Source of the DNA: Sphaerodactylus townsendi
Taxonomy: Eukaryota
Assembly (NCBI RefSeq): GCF_021028975.2
Contig: NC_059433.1
Location: 18,538,001-18,602,000 of the forward strand
DNA: 64,000 bases
Reading direction: 5' to 3'
Shown: in pieces, positions 24,149 through 35,723 of the stretch
Layout: each line of letters opens with the position of its first letter
How positions within the stretch are numbered: the first letter of the stretch is position 1
Made by a program: the position numbers and the translations under genes
The notes under the pieces: model-generated
Told to the model about the DNA's origin: nothing
The model's database searches: none
What the model saw: only the letters and a program-made list of their open reading frames with translations

Positions 24149-24422
24149 AGATTTTCCTTGGGAATACCCTGTTGTTGGTACAGCTGATACCTGTTTCCGC
24201 ACCCAGTTAAAGGGATTTTGCTTCCTCAAAATCATAATCTCCCTTGGTAGTTCACAAATGGCAGCCACGTTCTCCCAGTGGCTTGGCCTGGCCTCTGGTC
24301 TGACCCAGTGGCACCACAACGGCTTCCGGGAGCAACTCTGCTCGGAAGCCTCCTGTCCAGACTGAAGAAATGAGGCCCAGTGAGGGAGGCCTCTGTTTTC
24401 TAATCGTTCCTCACCTTTTCAG

Positions 24423-24624
24423 GGACACAGAGGTGAGGCAGCGGCGGCAGCTGTATGATGCAGGCCTCCATTCTTCTGCCCGCTACGGTAGCCATGACAG
24501 CGGTGGCGGCGGCGGTGGCGGCGGCAGCTCGGGACTGGATGGGAAGAAAAAGCCTCGGAAATGGCAACTGGAGACATCCGAGAGGCGGTGTCAGATTTGC
24601 CAGCACCTGTGCTACCTGTCCATG
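24423..24624 (+). CDS. JARID2: JARID2 coding exon (exon 16 equivalent) with poly-Gly and first half of C5HC2 zinc finger (CQICQHLC)
   Basis: TTTTCAG acceptor, GTGAGG donor, 202 nt; [67 protein letters not shown]. Confidence 0.97.
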
Positions 24625-24736
24625 GTGAGGGTCGTTCTGAGAATCCACGCGCCTGTCGTGCTCCCCGGAGTGCCATTTGGCCACTTCTCTTTTGTTGCGA
24701 AACATTCCACAGCCAAAATACTGCCCTTTTTCTTCT

Positions 24737-25040
24737 GGAGCAGCAGTGGCGTAGGAGGTTAAGAGCTCGTGTATCTAATCTGGAGGAACCGGGTTTGATT
24801 CCCCGCTCTGCCGCCTGAGCTGTGGAGGCTTATCTGGGCAATTCAGATTAGCCTGTGCACTCCCACACACGCCAGCTGGGTGACCTTGGGCTAGTCACAG
24901 CTTCTTGGAGCTTTCTCAGCCCCACCCACCTCACAGGGTGTTTGTTGTGAGGGGGGAAGGGCAAGGAGATTGTCAGCCCCTTTGAGTGTCCTACAGGAGA
25001 GAAAGGGGGGATGTAAATCCAAACTCTTCTTCTTCTTTTT
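24737..25040 (+). mobile_element. Squam3-like SINE (long subfamily)
   Basis: Near-identical to 8487 copy; CpGs retained. Confidence 0.88.
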
Positions 25041-26300
25041 CAGAACAATATTGTTTTGAAATATCCTGGGATGCATTTATGAATAGGATGCTCGGGATTG
25101 CGTGGCAACTGCCGTTGCAACTATACGTAGTCGAGGCCAGAGTTGATTTCCCAACCATTGTTTCAAGTGCTTGCTGGCTCAACCATAGGCCAAAGCAGGA
25201 ATCACTAACCCTTGGGAGGGGGAGAAACACAGATGCATTTGGGGGAGGGGAAACCATCTACATAGGCCTGAACTCCACAGAGGAACGTCTTGAAATCTTG
25301 ATTCCTTCTTGATTATATTGAGTTTGTTTGGAGACAGGCGGAGCCACCGCCCCGGGCTTGCAGAGCACCTCTCTTGGACCCCTGCTCGGTGCAGCAGCAG
25401 CCGCCCCGGGCACCCTACCCTCACCCACACTTACCCAGATGGTGGAGGCCGGCTGCACCATGTCAGAGCGGCAAACCCAACCCTGGCAGGTGCAGCAGGG
25501 AGGTTCAGCAGGTGGTGAGAGTGAGTGGCATTCAGGCAGACTGAGCCGTGGCGTCCAGACCTTCAGCAATCTCTGGGCCCCATGCCAACCAGCCAGTCAC
25601 CACCCAGTAGCTACAGGACGGGGACCCTTCTGCCAGCCTTAAGGAGGGAGGTGGGGCTGCAGGCCTGGCAGCCCCCCAGGGACAGGGCAGAGCCTGATGG
25701 ATGGCCTGGGGTCCAGTAGAAACAAGGGGGTGGGGGGGAAGCTAACTGATTGAGGAAAGGAGGAAAGGCACTGAAGGTTGGGAGGAGAAAAAGGAGGAGG
25801 AAGAAGAGAATAGAGACACAGCTGGAAACCAGAGAGAGTTATACCGGAGAAGGGAAGGTGAGATAGCCAGCAAGGAAGAGTAGATGAAAGTTGCAGGGGA
25901 AAGAAGGGGTCAGCCGAGATAGCAGTGCCGCCAGAACCAGACCTGGCAGGCGAGGCTGAGGCTGAGGCTTTACCCTGTGGCAGTGACACTTAGCAAGGTG
26001 TAGCACACACTCTCCAGCCAGTGAGGGTGAGAACAGGCCAACCACTGCCTGGGAAGGGAAAGGAGGGATGGCAACCCTGGCCGGCCGGGAGGGGGAAGAG
26101 CCTCACACAGTTGTTTTTCAACTTCCTATATTGATGATCAAGCACAGTTACGCCCTTTCAATCCCACTGACTTGACTTGACCTAGAAAGGTCTGTACTGT
26201 TAATGACTTACTAGTCAGCGTGTTTGCAAAATAATCCTGAACATCATGAGACTCGTGTGTTACAAGCCCTGAAAGTGAATCCACCACGTCATGTGTATAA

Positions 26301-26528
<228 letters not shown>

Positions 26529-26839
26529 TAGTACGTTTTTTTTGCTCTTGCCACCGTAAGGGCCACATAGCTTTATAAGATGGAAATCATTGCATTTGTA
26601 ATTTGTAGCACTGAAAAACTGTACTCTCTCCTTAGAATTTTCGGTTTCGTTCGAAAATTTGGTCTTGATTTTCATCCCTGTTTTATGGACTAAAAGTAAA
26701 AACAGTTTACTAAGCTGTGTAGTTCTTGTCTCTTATCCCAGGTCCGGTAAACACAGAAGCCCCCTTCCTCGTGTTATAGTGGGAATCCACAACATGGTGC
26801 CACAATGACACATTTTCTGGCAACCACCAAATGTCTTGA

Positions 26840-27375
26840 AGAAGTGGGCAGAGCCCAGTAGGGCTTTTGCTCAGTAAGGCTTCTGATTGACTGTTGGAGA
26901 TTTGATTGACTGCAAATTTTTTAAAATGTTGCTTTGGCAGCAACACAAGGATCTATACCAGCCATTCTCAACCAGGGTTCTGTGGTACCCTGGGGTGCCG
27001 TGAGCATGTCCCAGGGGTACCGCGGCAACACTACTGCCCCCCTCTCAGTTTTGTGGTGTCTCCCACCAGTGCCAACAAGGACATGGAGCTGGCCCATGGG
27101 GCAGGGCCTGCTGCAAGGTCAGCAGCCCCCCCCCCCCCAGTGCTTCCCTTCACCCTGGGAGGGGAAGGTGGGGGTGGCAGCAGGGGTACCGTGAGATATG
27201 AAGAGTGAGGTCAAGGGTACCCTGACCTCGAAAAGGTTGGGAAACACCGATCTACGCTTGGTTACTGAAGTGAAGCTGTGGAAGTCATTTTGTGGCAGCC
27301 ATTTTGTTGCTGCACCTCTTGTGGTGCGTCGGAATTCCAAATATGCCTGCATGTTCAAGAAGGCCGGGGACCCGC
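26840..27375 (-). mobile_element. Older hAT-like element (family B) hosting a nested hAT insertion
   Basis: Family B blocks on both sides of 26959..27249. Confidence 0.6.
26959..27249. mobile_element. Non-autonomous hAT element (nested)
   Basis: CAGCCATTCTCAACC / GGTTGGGAAACACCG ends; TSD ATCTATAC/ATCTACGC. Confidence 0.7.
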
Positions 27376-28337
27376 TTGTTACGTCCTGCATGTGCATGCC
27401 ATACCTCTGTCTGCAAGAGTCAAAATACTTTCACTTTGCAAATGGAACAAGGGGGCCAGTACCTGGATAAACGTGGGGTTTAAATCTCATGTTGAGCTGT
27501 GTGTTGAGCACTGATCAGAGGGGGGGCCATGTCGGTTAGCAGTTAAATAAAAAAAAAGCTAAATGTGAATCCTCAGAGACCAACAAGATTTTTGAGGTAT
27601 GAGCTTTCAGGAGTAAAAGTTCCTTTTGTTCAGATACCACAATGGTTGCACTTCACAGATGGTGTTCACTGTGGCTCATTCCGCGCAGGCAGCAACAGGT
27701 TCAGGGCACTTGTTTCTGGTGCCGCTACTGCCATTTGAACGATGGCTACGCGGGCCAGCTGGGACCCCAGACGCAGGAGCCAGCACGGTAGGCACAGAAA
27801 GGCTGCTTCTGTGCAAACCACACAGCTGAGAATCCCTCCACCTACCTGGCATGGCATGGCATCCGCCTATTAGAGTATCTCCTCTAATGGCGGCTGCCTG
27901 GGGTGGGGGGAAGGGAGTGGGGATTGAATGCTTCCTGCTTGCCGAAGTTTGCACAGGTTAATGGGAAAAAGTCGCTACGTTAGTGATTTTTATTTAACCC
28001 AGGGTAGCAGTGTTTTGGGGGCGAGTTCTGTGGGACCCTCCCTTCCCCCAATGCTTTTAAAAAGGGCCTCAACCCTTGGCCCATGTAACTTGTGGACAGG
28101 GCTAGACAAGATTTCTTCCGATGGCATACACACCCATCTTTTGCCAGAGGAAGTGTCCTTGGGCTGGAGGAAAACGCTGCCGTTGGCACGCTCACACACA
28201 AAAACGACATGGCCACGCCCTTGTTCCTTGCCCCTGTGATCTCAACTGAGGCTTTCTTTTCAGGCAGCTGATTTCTATAAAGTTGTTTTCAAGTGACCAA
28301 AGTGCTAATTTTGCTGCTCTCCCTTTTCCCCCAAAAG

Positions 28338-28517
28338 GAACAAATCATCAGTTTAGTCAATCAAATCTGTGGGAAAGTATCTGGCAAAAACGGCACCATT
28401 GAGAACTGTATCAGCAGCAAGCCTACACCAAAAAGAGGACCCCGGAAGAGAGCGACAGTCGAGGTGCCATCATCCAGACTTTCATCCTCCAGTTCATCCA
28501 AAAGTGCTTCAAGTTAA
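28338..28517 (+). CDS. JARID2: JARID2 terminal coding exon, [59 protein letters not shown]
   Basis: Pyrimidine tract + AAAG acceptor; TAA stop at 28515-28517; matches recalled JARID2 C-terminus. Confidence 0.97.
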   Translation, partial: EQIISLVNQICGKVSGKNGTIENCISSKPTPKRGPRKRATVEVPSSRLSSSSSSKSASS

Positions 28518-28637
28518 TCATGAAGATGCCAACTCTCTCTCTCTTTCTCTCTCTCTCGTTTTTTGTCAATTTTATATATATTTTTTGTAATTATTATATC
28601 CTAGTTTGGAGTACTTGCTGTAGAATACAAGCTGTCT

Positions 28638-28645
28638 TTGCACTA
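28638..28645 (+). promoter_or_regulatory. miR-130/301 family 8mer seed site (TTGCACTA)
   Basis: Exact seed match in JARID2 3'UTR. Confidence 0.55.
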
Positions 28646-28692
28646 GCTCTAAAGAAGATTTTCTTCTGGTTTTAGAGAACTAATTTTGTTTT

Positions 28693-28700
28693 AGCATTAA
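28693..28700 (+). promoter_or_regulatory. miR-155 8mer seed site 1 (AGCATTAA)
   Basis: Exact match; JARID2 is an established miR-155 target in mammals. Confidence 0.7.
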
Positions 28701-29470
28701 ACTGTTGAATTTTTTTTTTTAATTTAGGATAGATCGCAGCAGCAGTCAGGTTTCCCCAGCCCCGCCCCCGCTGCTCTGCATCAACTGTTTTAAAACTGGC
28801 AAAGAGGCAAATGACGTTCAGTTGCATTTGTCCCTCTGGCTTAAAATTTACAAAAGCCTTTTTTCCCCCTTCAGTAACTGTGAAAAAGGCTTTTAAACCC
28901 CCCCCCTTTTTTTTTTTGGATAAGTTAAAGTTCGGGGTGTGTGATGATTTGTTCTCTAGTCATGTCAGCAGGTTTTTTTTTTCCCAAGCAAGAAAAGGGA
29001 TAGGAGACGAAACTTGAAAGAAATGGCTATACCTTTTAGCTTGTATTCTGTAACAGGCGGAGTGAGTTTTGTACCTTTTTAAACTTGGAGGATACACACT
29101 TTTCTTTGAGAGGTTCTGGCAGCTGAAGATGGGACTTAGTTTTCTAACTGTAGGCAAAATGGGAGATTTGGAGACACTGTTCTCTGTTACCAGCACTTCA
29201 CTATGCATCTGTTCGCGGAGGAGGAGGAGAGAGAGACGGCTGCCCGCCTTGAGGAGTCACATGAGCGGAAAAAACTGTGCCTGATTTCATTAGGAAATCC
29301 ATTCTGTTATTTTTTTGGTGCTGTTGGCTACTTTTGTCAAAAGAGAAAAAAAAACCCTTCAATAGCATCCTTTAAAAATGATTGAAGCCATAAGTGCTTC
29401 TTGTCATAGATGTGCAATCTTTAACATTCCATTTCCATTCCACTGCTGTTTTTCATACCTTTTCACAGTC

Positions 29471-29478
29471 AGCATTAA
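29471..29478 (+). promoter_or_regulatory. miR-155 8mer seed site 2 (AGCATTAA)
   Basis: Exact match in JARID2 3'UTR. Confidence 0.7.
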
Positions 29479-29631
29479 TTTTGTTTTGAATTTGTTCTGT
29501 TAAATGATCGCATTTAGAGCCACTAGTGGGTTTGCATCTTTCTTTCGAATGTGAAAATGCATTTGCTTTCCATCTTGTTTTATTTTTTTTCCCCTTCTTC
29601 ATGTTGTAACAAAAAAAGAAATCATACCTTT

Positions 29632-29639
29632 TGTACATA
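29632..29639 (+). promoter_or_regulatory. Pumilio response element (TGTACATA)
   Basis: Matches UGUANAUA consensus in 3'UTR. Confidence 0.45.
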
Positions 29640-29874
29640 AGCCTGTAAATTGTTTTAAATACTTGAGCCTTTTTCTTGGGAGGGCGTGGAAAGGGTGGCA
29701 AAGAGACAAGATGAAGAAAAGCCTTACGTTTCACTTTCTTCATCGGTTGGATTGGATGCTTACAGGGTTTTTCTTGTAACATTTATAAGTGCTGCTTACA
29801 TCACTGAACAACAAGAAAAAAATAATAATGGAGTAGTTGTTGCCCTTTTCCAGTTGTGTGTACAGTATGTGTGG

Positions 29875-29880
29875 AATAAA
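29875..29880 (+). terminator. Proximal polyadenylation signal of JARID2 (AATAAA)
   Basis: Canonical hexamer followed by U/GU-rich sequence. Confidence 0.5.
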
Positions 29881-29950
29881 AAAGGGAAAATGTTTTCACA
29901 AACTCTTTGTTTCATAATTGAATTCAACAAGACCGTAAAGCTACTCATAT

Positions 29951-29958
29951 TGCACTGA
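29951..29958 (+). promoter_or_regulatory. miR-148/152 8mer seed site (TGCACTGA), overlapping a miR-130 7mer-m8 (TTGCACT, 29950..29956)
   Basis: Exact seed match. Confidence 0.5.
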
Positions 29959-30259
29959 GCTAGCCAGGGGTGGCTGTCAGGAAAGTCTTATAAAATACAT
30001 ATTGTTGGTTGTTGCAGAAGACTGAACTGTTTTGAAAATATTTAACAATAACATACAGAGTCGAGTGTTTTCCAATGTGGTTGTCCGGTTTTTATGGCCT
30101 TGCTGTGTACTTTTTCCTTCTTGACAGTAAACTTCTGACTATGGCTTACAGTTTGACATTTAATTTATTAGCGCTGCTCTGCTCTCTTTCCTTGTAAGGA
30201 AAGACTTCATGTTTATTGCCAGTTTTTTGTTTACTTTTCAGGTTTGTAATACAAGGTTT

Positions 30260-30265
30260 AATAAA
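30260..30265 (+). terminator. Distal polyadenylation signal of JARID2 (AATAAA)
   Basis: Canonical hexamer with upstream TGTA and downstream U-rich tract (ctttgtctttctt). Confidence 0.75.
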
Positions 30266-31530
30266 AGAAACACTTTTGGACACTTTGTCTTTCTTCTGAG
30301 AGAGTAGTCGAGTTAAATTTAGCTACTTTAAAAACAGAACCAATCAAACAGGCTAGAGAAAACTAGGAACTTGCAGTTAATGTTTAGTTTTTATTTTATT
30401 GAATGACATTATTCTACCAAATGAGAAATAAATCCTTGTATCATATTCAGACATTCTCTATCAAACCACTTATTAGTATTATTAGTATTCTGTCCCCCTC
30501 CAGTGGATAATTTTACATTCTTAACCAGGCACAGCTTCAAGGATCTAAATAATTTATTGTATATATCGCAAAGACCCTCATACAAACTCAGTACTAAAGA
30601 GATGGGCTAAAGAGACTGATAGCAGGTGAACAAAAAGGTTAATGCAGGTGCGGGCCAGTCGTAATTATCCTCCTTTTCCAGTTACCTTTGTTCCAGGTAC
30701 TTGAGTGATATCATGCTTAGTGGTAAGCGGCTGGATCAGTGTTGTTTAATGGTTGATTTTGCTGAGGGTAGGAAATTAACAGGAAATTAACAGCGCAATC
30801 CTAAAAGAGAGTTACTCCAGTCTGAGCCCGTTCATTTCAGTGGCTGTAGACTGAAGAAACCCTTTTCAGGAATTGTACCAAAGGCCAAATACAGTCTCAA
30901 ACGTAGTACCATACCTCAACTCTTTTTGCACTTATAAGACACTTTGATTTTCAGACAAGGAATGTGAAGGATGGCTGGAGGAGAAAACCAAGACTACCCT
31001 GTGTGTCCTTTTACCCTTTTCATTTCAGCTTGCCTTGAGCAAACAAGTAAAAGGTAAAGCAAAAATGTTGTTATAGAACTAGTTAAAATACTTTGCATTC
31101 AAGATATATACACTTTACAATTATTCACCCACCATAGATCCTTCCACAAGTAATGGTGTGTGTGACACCCGCTTCGCCCTTTACAAGTTCAATACAATTC
31201 TCCTTCACTGGCATCCTGGCTAGGAGAAAATGAACACCACTTCCTGTGAATGTTCAATGCAGCCGCCCCCTTGGCTTGGTTTCCTTTTTCAGGTTGTCGA
31301 TCAGAACATTAAGAGGTGGTTATTCTGAGGTTAGTTGTTTGATTACAAGCAGTACTGGCTTTTAGCCACAACAATTGAGACAGGCACACTAAGAACAATA
31401 ACCCCACACACACACACACAAATCTTCGGTATTGTTAACATTCCTAGTGAGGACTTTACAACAAACCCTTTCAAAATTTATGCCTTGGACAACCCTCTAT
31501 ATAAAGGTTCTGTGTTCAAAAAGGCAAGGC

Positions 31531-31536
31531 TTTATT
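31531..31536 (-). terminator. DTNBP1 polyadenylation signal (AATAAA on - strand)
   Basis: TTTATT on + strand, ~170 nt past the DTNBP1 stop. Confidence 0.7.
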
Positions 31537-31704
31537 GCTAAAAGGTGTGCTTTGGAGACATTTTATAAAAATATTTCGCATGACTGAAATTCATTTTGTA
31601 CGTGCTAATTTTTATCTTGATGAATCATAGTGACACAGGCAAGCGCGTTCACCTGTCCCTTCGCTCATTCCATGGTCATAATTCCTGTGGCGCAGTGGTT
31701 AGAT

Positions 31705-31952
31705 TCAGCCCGTCTGTGAGTCACTCTCATCGCTAAGATCAGAAGGGCCCTTTGCTTCTGCAGTGTTGGCCACAAGGGCATTGTCCACGTGTACATCTTC
31801 CTCATCTGACTGGATCACAGGCGATTCCCCTTCACTAACATCCTGGCTAGGAGAATCCGCGCAGCCTGCTGCTGAAGACCACTTCTCTCTCAGTTCTGAC
31901 GGAGTAGGGACTTGAAGACTGATTTCCTTTTGACCGGTGGTGGAGTCTGGCC
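31705..31952 (-). CDS. DTNBP1: DTNBP1 (dysbindin) terminal coding exon, (G)PDSTTGQKEISLQVPTPSELR...ESPVIQSDEEDVHVD...SDSQTG*
   Basis: ttttgtcattctttgaAG acceptor; TGA stop at 31707-31705; acidic PEST-like tail matches recalled dysbindin (ITLQVPNPSELR, ESPVVQSDEEEVQVD). Confidence 0.96.
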
Positions 31953-32572
31953 CTTCAAAGAATGACAAAAGTCATTAAGCCCCACAATCTTTAGTCTGAT
32001 CACATTCATTACAATATTAAGGTAGTAAAGCCCCACTAGAAAGTCTGAATAGATGGACAAAATTCATGGGAACATGTTCAAGTGGAACAAAAGCGACAAT
32101 AACACCATCTGACTCCACACCTCTGGAAGCACAGAGTTACAACTAGGCCAAGAGGCAGATGGTGGAACAGTAGTTACATTAGGAAATAACAGCTGTTGGA
32201 CGTTAGCCTTGTGCTAGAATTTTGGCTGGCTTTATATACATTCTGTGCAAATAACTGAAGTCTCTAGATGTCTGTACAAGAAGACTTGGGCTTGTAAATT
32301 TCCATTCTATTCAGGGACTGTGAGACTGGGCATGATCCACTCATGAAACCTGGGAAGATGCACTTCCTCAGAGGCTTGAAGATATCCAGGTCCACTGCCT
32401 TTAAAAACCACTCAAGTGGGAGCTAAAGAAAAAGTCTAATAGCCCAAATGCGTTGGCCAGGCAGCCAAGAATGGCACTGCTGTCACACCGTCTCCAGAGA
32501 GCTTCTAGAGAACCCTCAGCCACCTGAAAGCCCTCCATAGGGGCTAATGAAATTTTCATACAGAGGGCACTC

Positions 32573-32674
32573 CGGCTTGGTGCGCTTTGCCTGCCATTGG
32601 CTCTCACGGGGCTTTGGCCCTGGGAACGTCGGCATCTTCTCTGCTGCTGGCGTTCGGCAAAGCGCACCAAGCCG
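32573..32674. repeat. Perfect 19-bp inverted repeat in last DTNBP1 intron
   Basis: CGGCTTGGTGCGCTTTGCC (32573..32591) / GGCAAAGCGCACCAAGCCG (32656..32674). Confidence 0.85.
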
Positions 32675-33039
32675 AATGGTCCTCTCTGAAAAAATAGTCC
32701 AGATTCTTCCGAACAATGGATCTGTTTCAACAGGAATCCAGGATTCATTATCAAACACACCCGAGTCTGTCTGTTTATGTAAAATAAAAAAAACTTCGGG
32801 TCAAGCAGTATAAATATGATGCAAAGGGCATCTCAACAGACACTGGTTTCCAAGAAACTCCCGCCTGTATCTCATTGCAATCACTGTATCTCATTACAAT
32901 CACTGAAACCACTGAAATAGTACTTATGTACTATTCAGAAATCATAAAATTACAACCCGTTCCTCCAGCATGTCTCAGTAGGAGTAGCACCACTTCTATT
33001 TTTTGTGCAGTAGCAACTATGGACGCAACCAGGTTCTAC

Positions 33040-33183
33040 CTGTCATGGGGGATGGGATAGTACTGTCCTCTCCTCCGGAATTAAGAAAGACATCTAAGGC
33101 TTCTTGGTCAGACATATCCACGAGATCCATTTGCTCCAACATGTCCACATTCACTTCCATAGAAGACATGCTTCCTATTGGCT
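33040..33183 (-). CDS. DTNBP1: DTNBP1 penultimate exon, (E)[47 protein letters not shown](G)
   Basis: tttttctgattgcAG acceptor, AG|GTAGAA donor, 144 nt; dysbindin-domain signature. Confidence 0.97.
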
Positions 33184-33866
33184 CTGCAATCAGAAAAAGG
33201 TGAATGAACAAAAGACAATTCATGGCAAAGATTTCCAACAAGCTTTCATTGTCACAGTCATACACTGTATCCAGAGTTGTTAAGATACGTGGAGGAGTGA
33301 ATATATTGGAAAGCGAATGGATGTGTTTTGTGAACCCACACAGTCTTTTCAGTTTTTGTTGGGTTTTTGAATGCTGTTTGCCTGGTATGAGTTTGGCCCA
33401 GAACTACTACTAGTAATTTTCAGAAAGTACAGTTATACTTTATTGATGACCCCTTTCCCCCCCCCCCCCCAAGGTTTTCTTTCTGCTTCCTGTCAACATG
33501 AGCTAGGTAAGTAAATTAAATGGATTGTGCAAATACAAGCAGCTTTTATTCCAGCTACTTCCCCTTGAACCCGACTGAATATTCCAGCCGCTGCAGTTAC
33601 CCCCATGGAGGTGAACACAAACGTGGTTAAAGGTAAGTAGGATTAATAGCTCACGACTTGGGTGGGGAAATGCCTGGACATGGAGGTCACCCCAAAGCGG
33701 GCGGGGGGGGGGGGGGGACAAGTGTAATAAATACGAATAAAAATAGTCCTGCAGCAAGCGAGGGAAACATCAGGCCGGTTCCCCTGCAGCTAAGCATGTT
33801 CGGTCTTGCGATTCAGCTCAAAAATTGTGCGCCTACAAAATTGCATGGGAAGCTTTGAGCACTTGC

Positions 33867-34022
33867 CTCGTCTTTCAGCTATCTGCAGGTAGCCAGTGGA
33901 GAGGTACTGTTCCATGTCCTGCTGGAAAGCTTCTTCAAAGAACTTCTGCCGCTCCTTGAGCTTCAGCTGCTGGGTGTGCTCCATGTCCAGCACCTTCTGC
34001 GCATGCTCTGCATCTAGTTCAG
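33867..34022 (-). CDS. DTNBP1: DTNBP1 exon (exon 8 equivalent), (A)[51 protein letters not shown]
   Basis: gttcctgtttgcAG acceptor; GAG|GCAAGT non-canonical GC donor; 156 nt keeps frame into the next exon. Confidence 0.96.
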
Positions 34023-35315
34023 CTGCAAACAGGAACACCCCAGTCAGACCTCAAGGTGAAAACGTTCCCATTTCCAGGCTTTCAGAATCTGTTGTGTGCA
34101 TCTCCCTCCCACTCCACCCCTAAGTAAAACCGGGTTGAAGTTAAACATCACCACAAGCTAATATCATCAAGACCGGAATCAACTGACAGCTGTCATTTTT
34201 AAAGAGCAACTTGCTTAGACCTCCAAGGCCAATGATTTGGTTGGATGAAGCAGAGCTATTAAAGAGCATTGCTTGGTGAACAGCCTCTTAAGAACACGGG
34301 TTTATGCATCACCGCACGCTGTCTGTCAGCGGTGAGGAGCGCAAATGGTTATAAAGACCACAAATTAGGGAGAAGTCATTTTATGAACAGGTGCAGATGA
34401 GAAAGAAAAATCCACGCTTGCTTTTGGGGAGGGGGGGGGGCTGCTGAGCCATATAAGTCACTAGCCACTGTACTCCACTGATCAGAGCAAAACTGCATAG
34501 TGAGGAATTTGCTAGTTCTGTATGATGCAGAAACGAAATTCAATTGCCATACCAAAAAGGCAAGCAGCTATTACTGAGCATAGAAACCTCATGACTTTCC
34601 CCTAATCGCTCCTGACAGCTTTGAATTCTAATGGCCACACAGGCTTTCTTGTGTTCCCCAAATAGACACAGCAGCTAAGCAACAAATGGTGTTTTATGTA
34701 AGCTTTGACCAAGCTTCTACATCAAGGTTCATTTCATGCTTAAACTAGGAGCACGCTTTAAAAATGGTCATTCCGATGCCATGTCGGAAAGTCGGGAAAG
34801 GGCGTGAGTATCATTTTCATTAAGCATCAGAAAGTTGAAATTGTGCTGAAAAGGAGTGTTGGGGAGTATTTACATTTAAATGAGTATTGGGAAAATATCA
34901 AAACTTTCCATATTGAGTGAAAACAATAGTGGTGCCCTTTCCAAAATGAAATCAGAACATAATGTTAAACCACAATGGCTAGAGGGAGACAAACCTTTCA
35001 GTTTCATTAATGTTACATGAACCCCCCCCCCTCCTCTTCTGTGGGTGGGCCCAGAGAGGGAAGGACTCCTGCGCCACCATATATACATTAAAAGGTACAC
35101 ATGAAAGTGGCACAACTGAAATACCAAAGCTATTAAAGTCCCTCTATAAAAGCTATAGACACGTTACAACATTTTCTGCTGATTTCAAAAAGCACCTCCA
35201 TTCTTTAGAACTACATTCGGAACCGTTCTGGACAACTGCAGTCGATAGCTGGCTGGCATCAGAGAGGAAACAAGGACATCTGAGACTATAGAACAGGACC
35301 CAAAAAAATCTATGT

Positions 35316-35723
35316 CAGTGATGGCGAACCTATGGCACAGGTGCCAGAGGTGGCACTCAGAGCCCTTTCTGTGGGCACACGTGCAGAGTTCATCATGGGG
35401 GGGGGGCGGAAAATCATCCCCCCCCACACACACATACCTAGGCTGGCCTGGTAATGATCATTTACCTGGGAGTAAGCTCAGTTGCTGGCAATGGGGCTTG
35501 CTTCTGAGTAAACCCTCCTAGGGTCTTGATTCACCCATTTGAAGTGTTGCACGGTTGCTTCACCAAGCTTACTCCCGAGTAACATGTGCATTGGAGCCAA
35601 CTGTTTTTTCTAAACTAAAACCTCAGTATTCAGGTTTAGTTGCCATGTTGGCACTTTGCAATAAATAAGTGGGTTTTGGGTTGCAATTTGGGCACTCGGT
35701 CTCGAAAAGGTTTGCCATCACTG
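35316..35723. mobile_element. Non-autonomous hAT element, family A (internally deleted)
   Basis: TIR CAGTGATGGCGAACCT; perfect TSD ATCTATGT. Confidence 0.9.

Larger units (their letters stand above)
28518..30285 (+). other. JARID2: JARID2 3'UTR (~1.75 kb)
   Basis: Follows stop codon; U-rich, no recognisable transposon; AATAAA at 29875 and 30260; several blocks resemble the recalled human JARID2 3'UTR. 3' end approximate. Confidence 0.8.
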
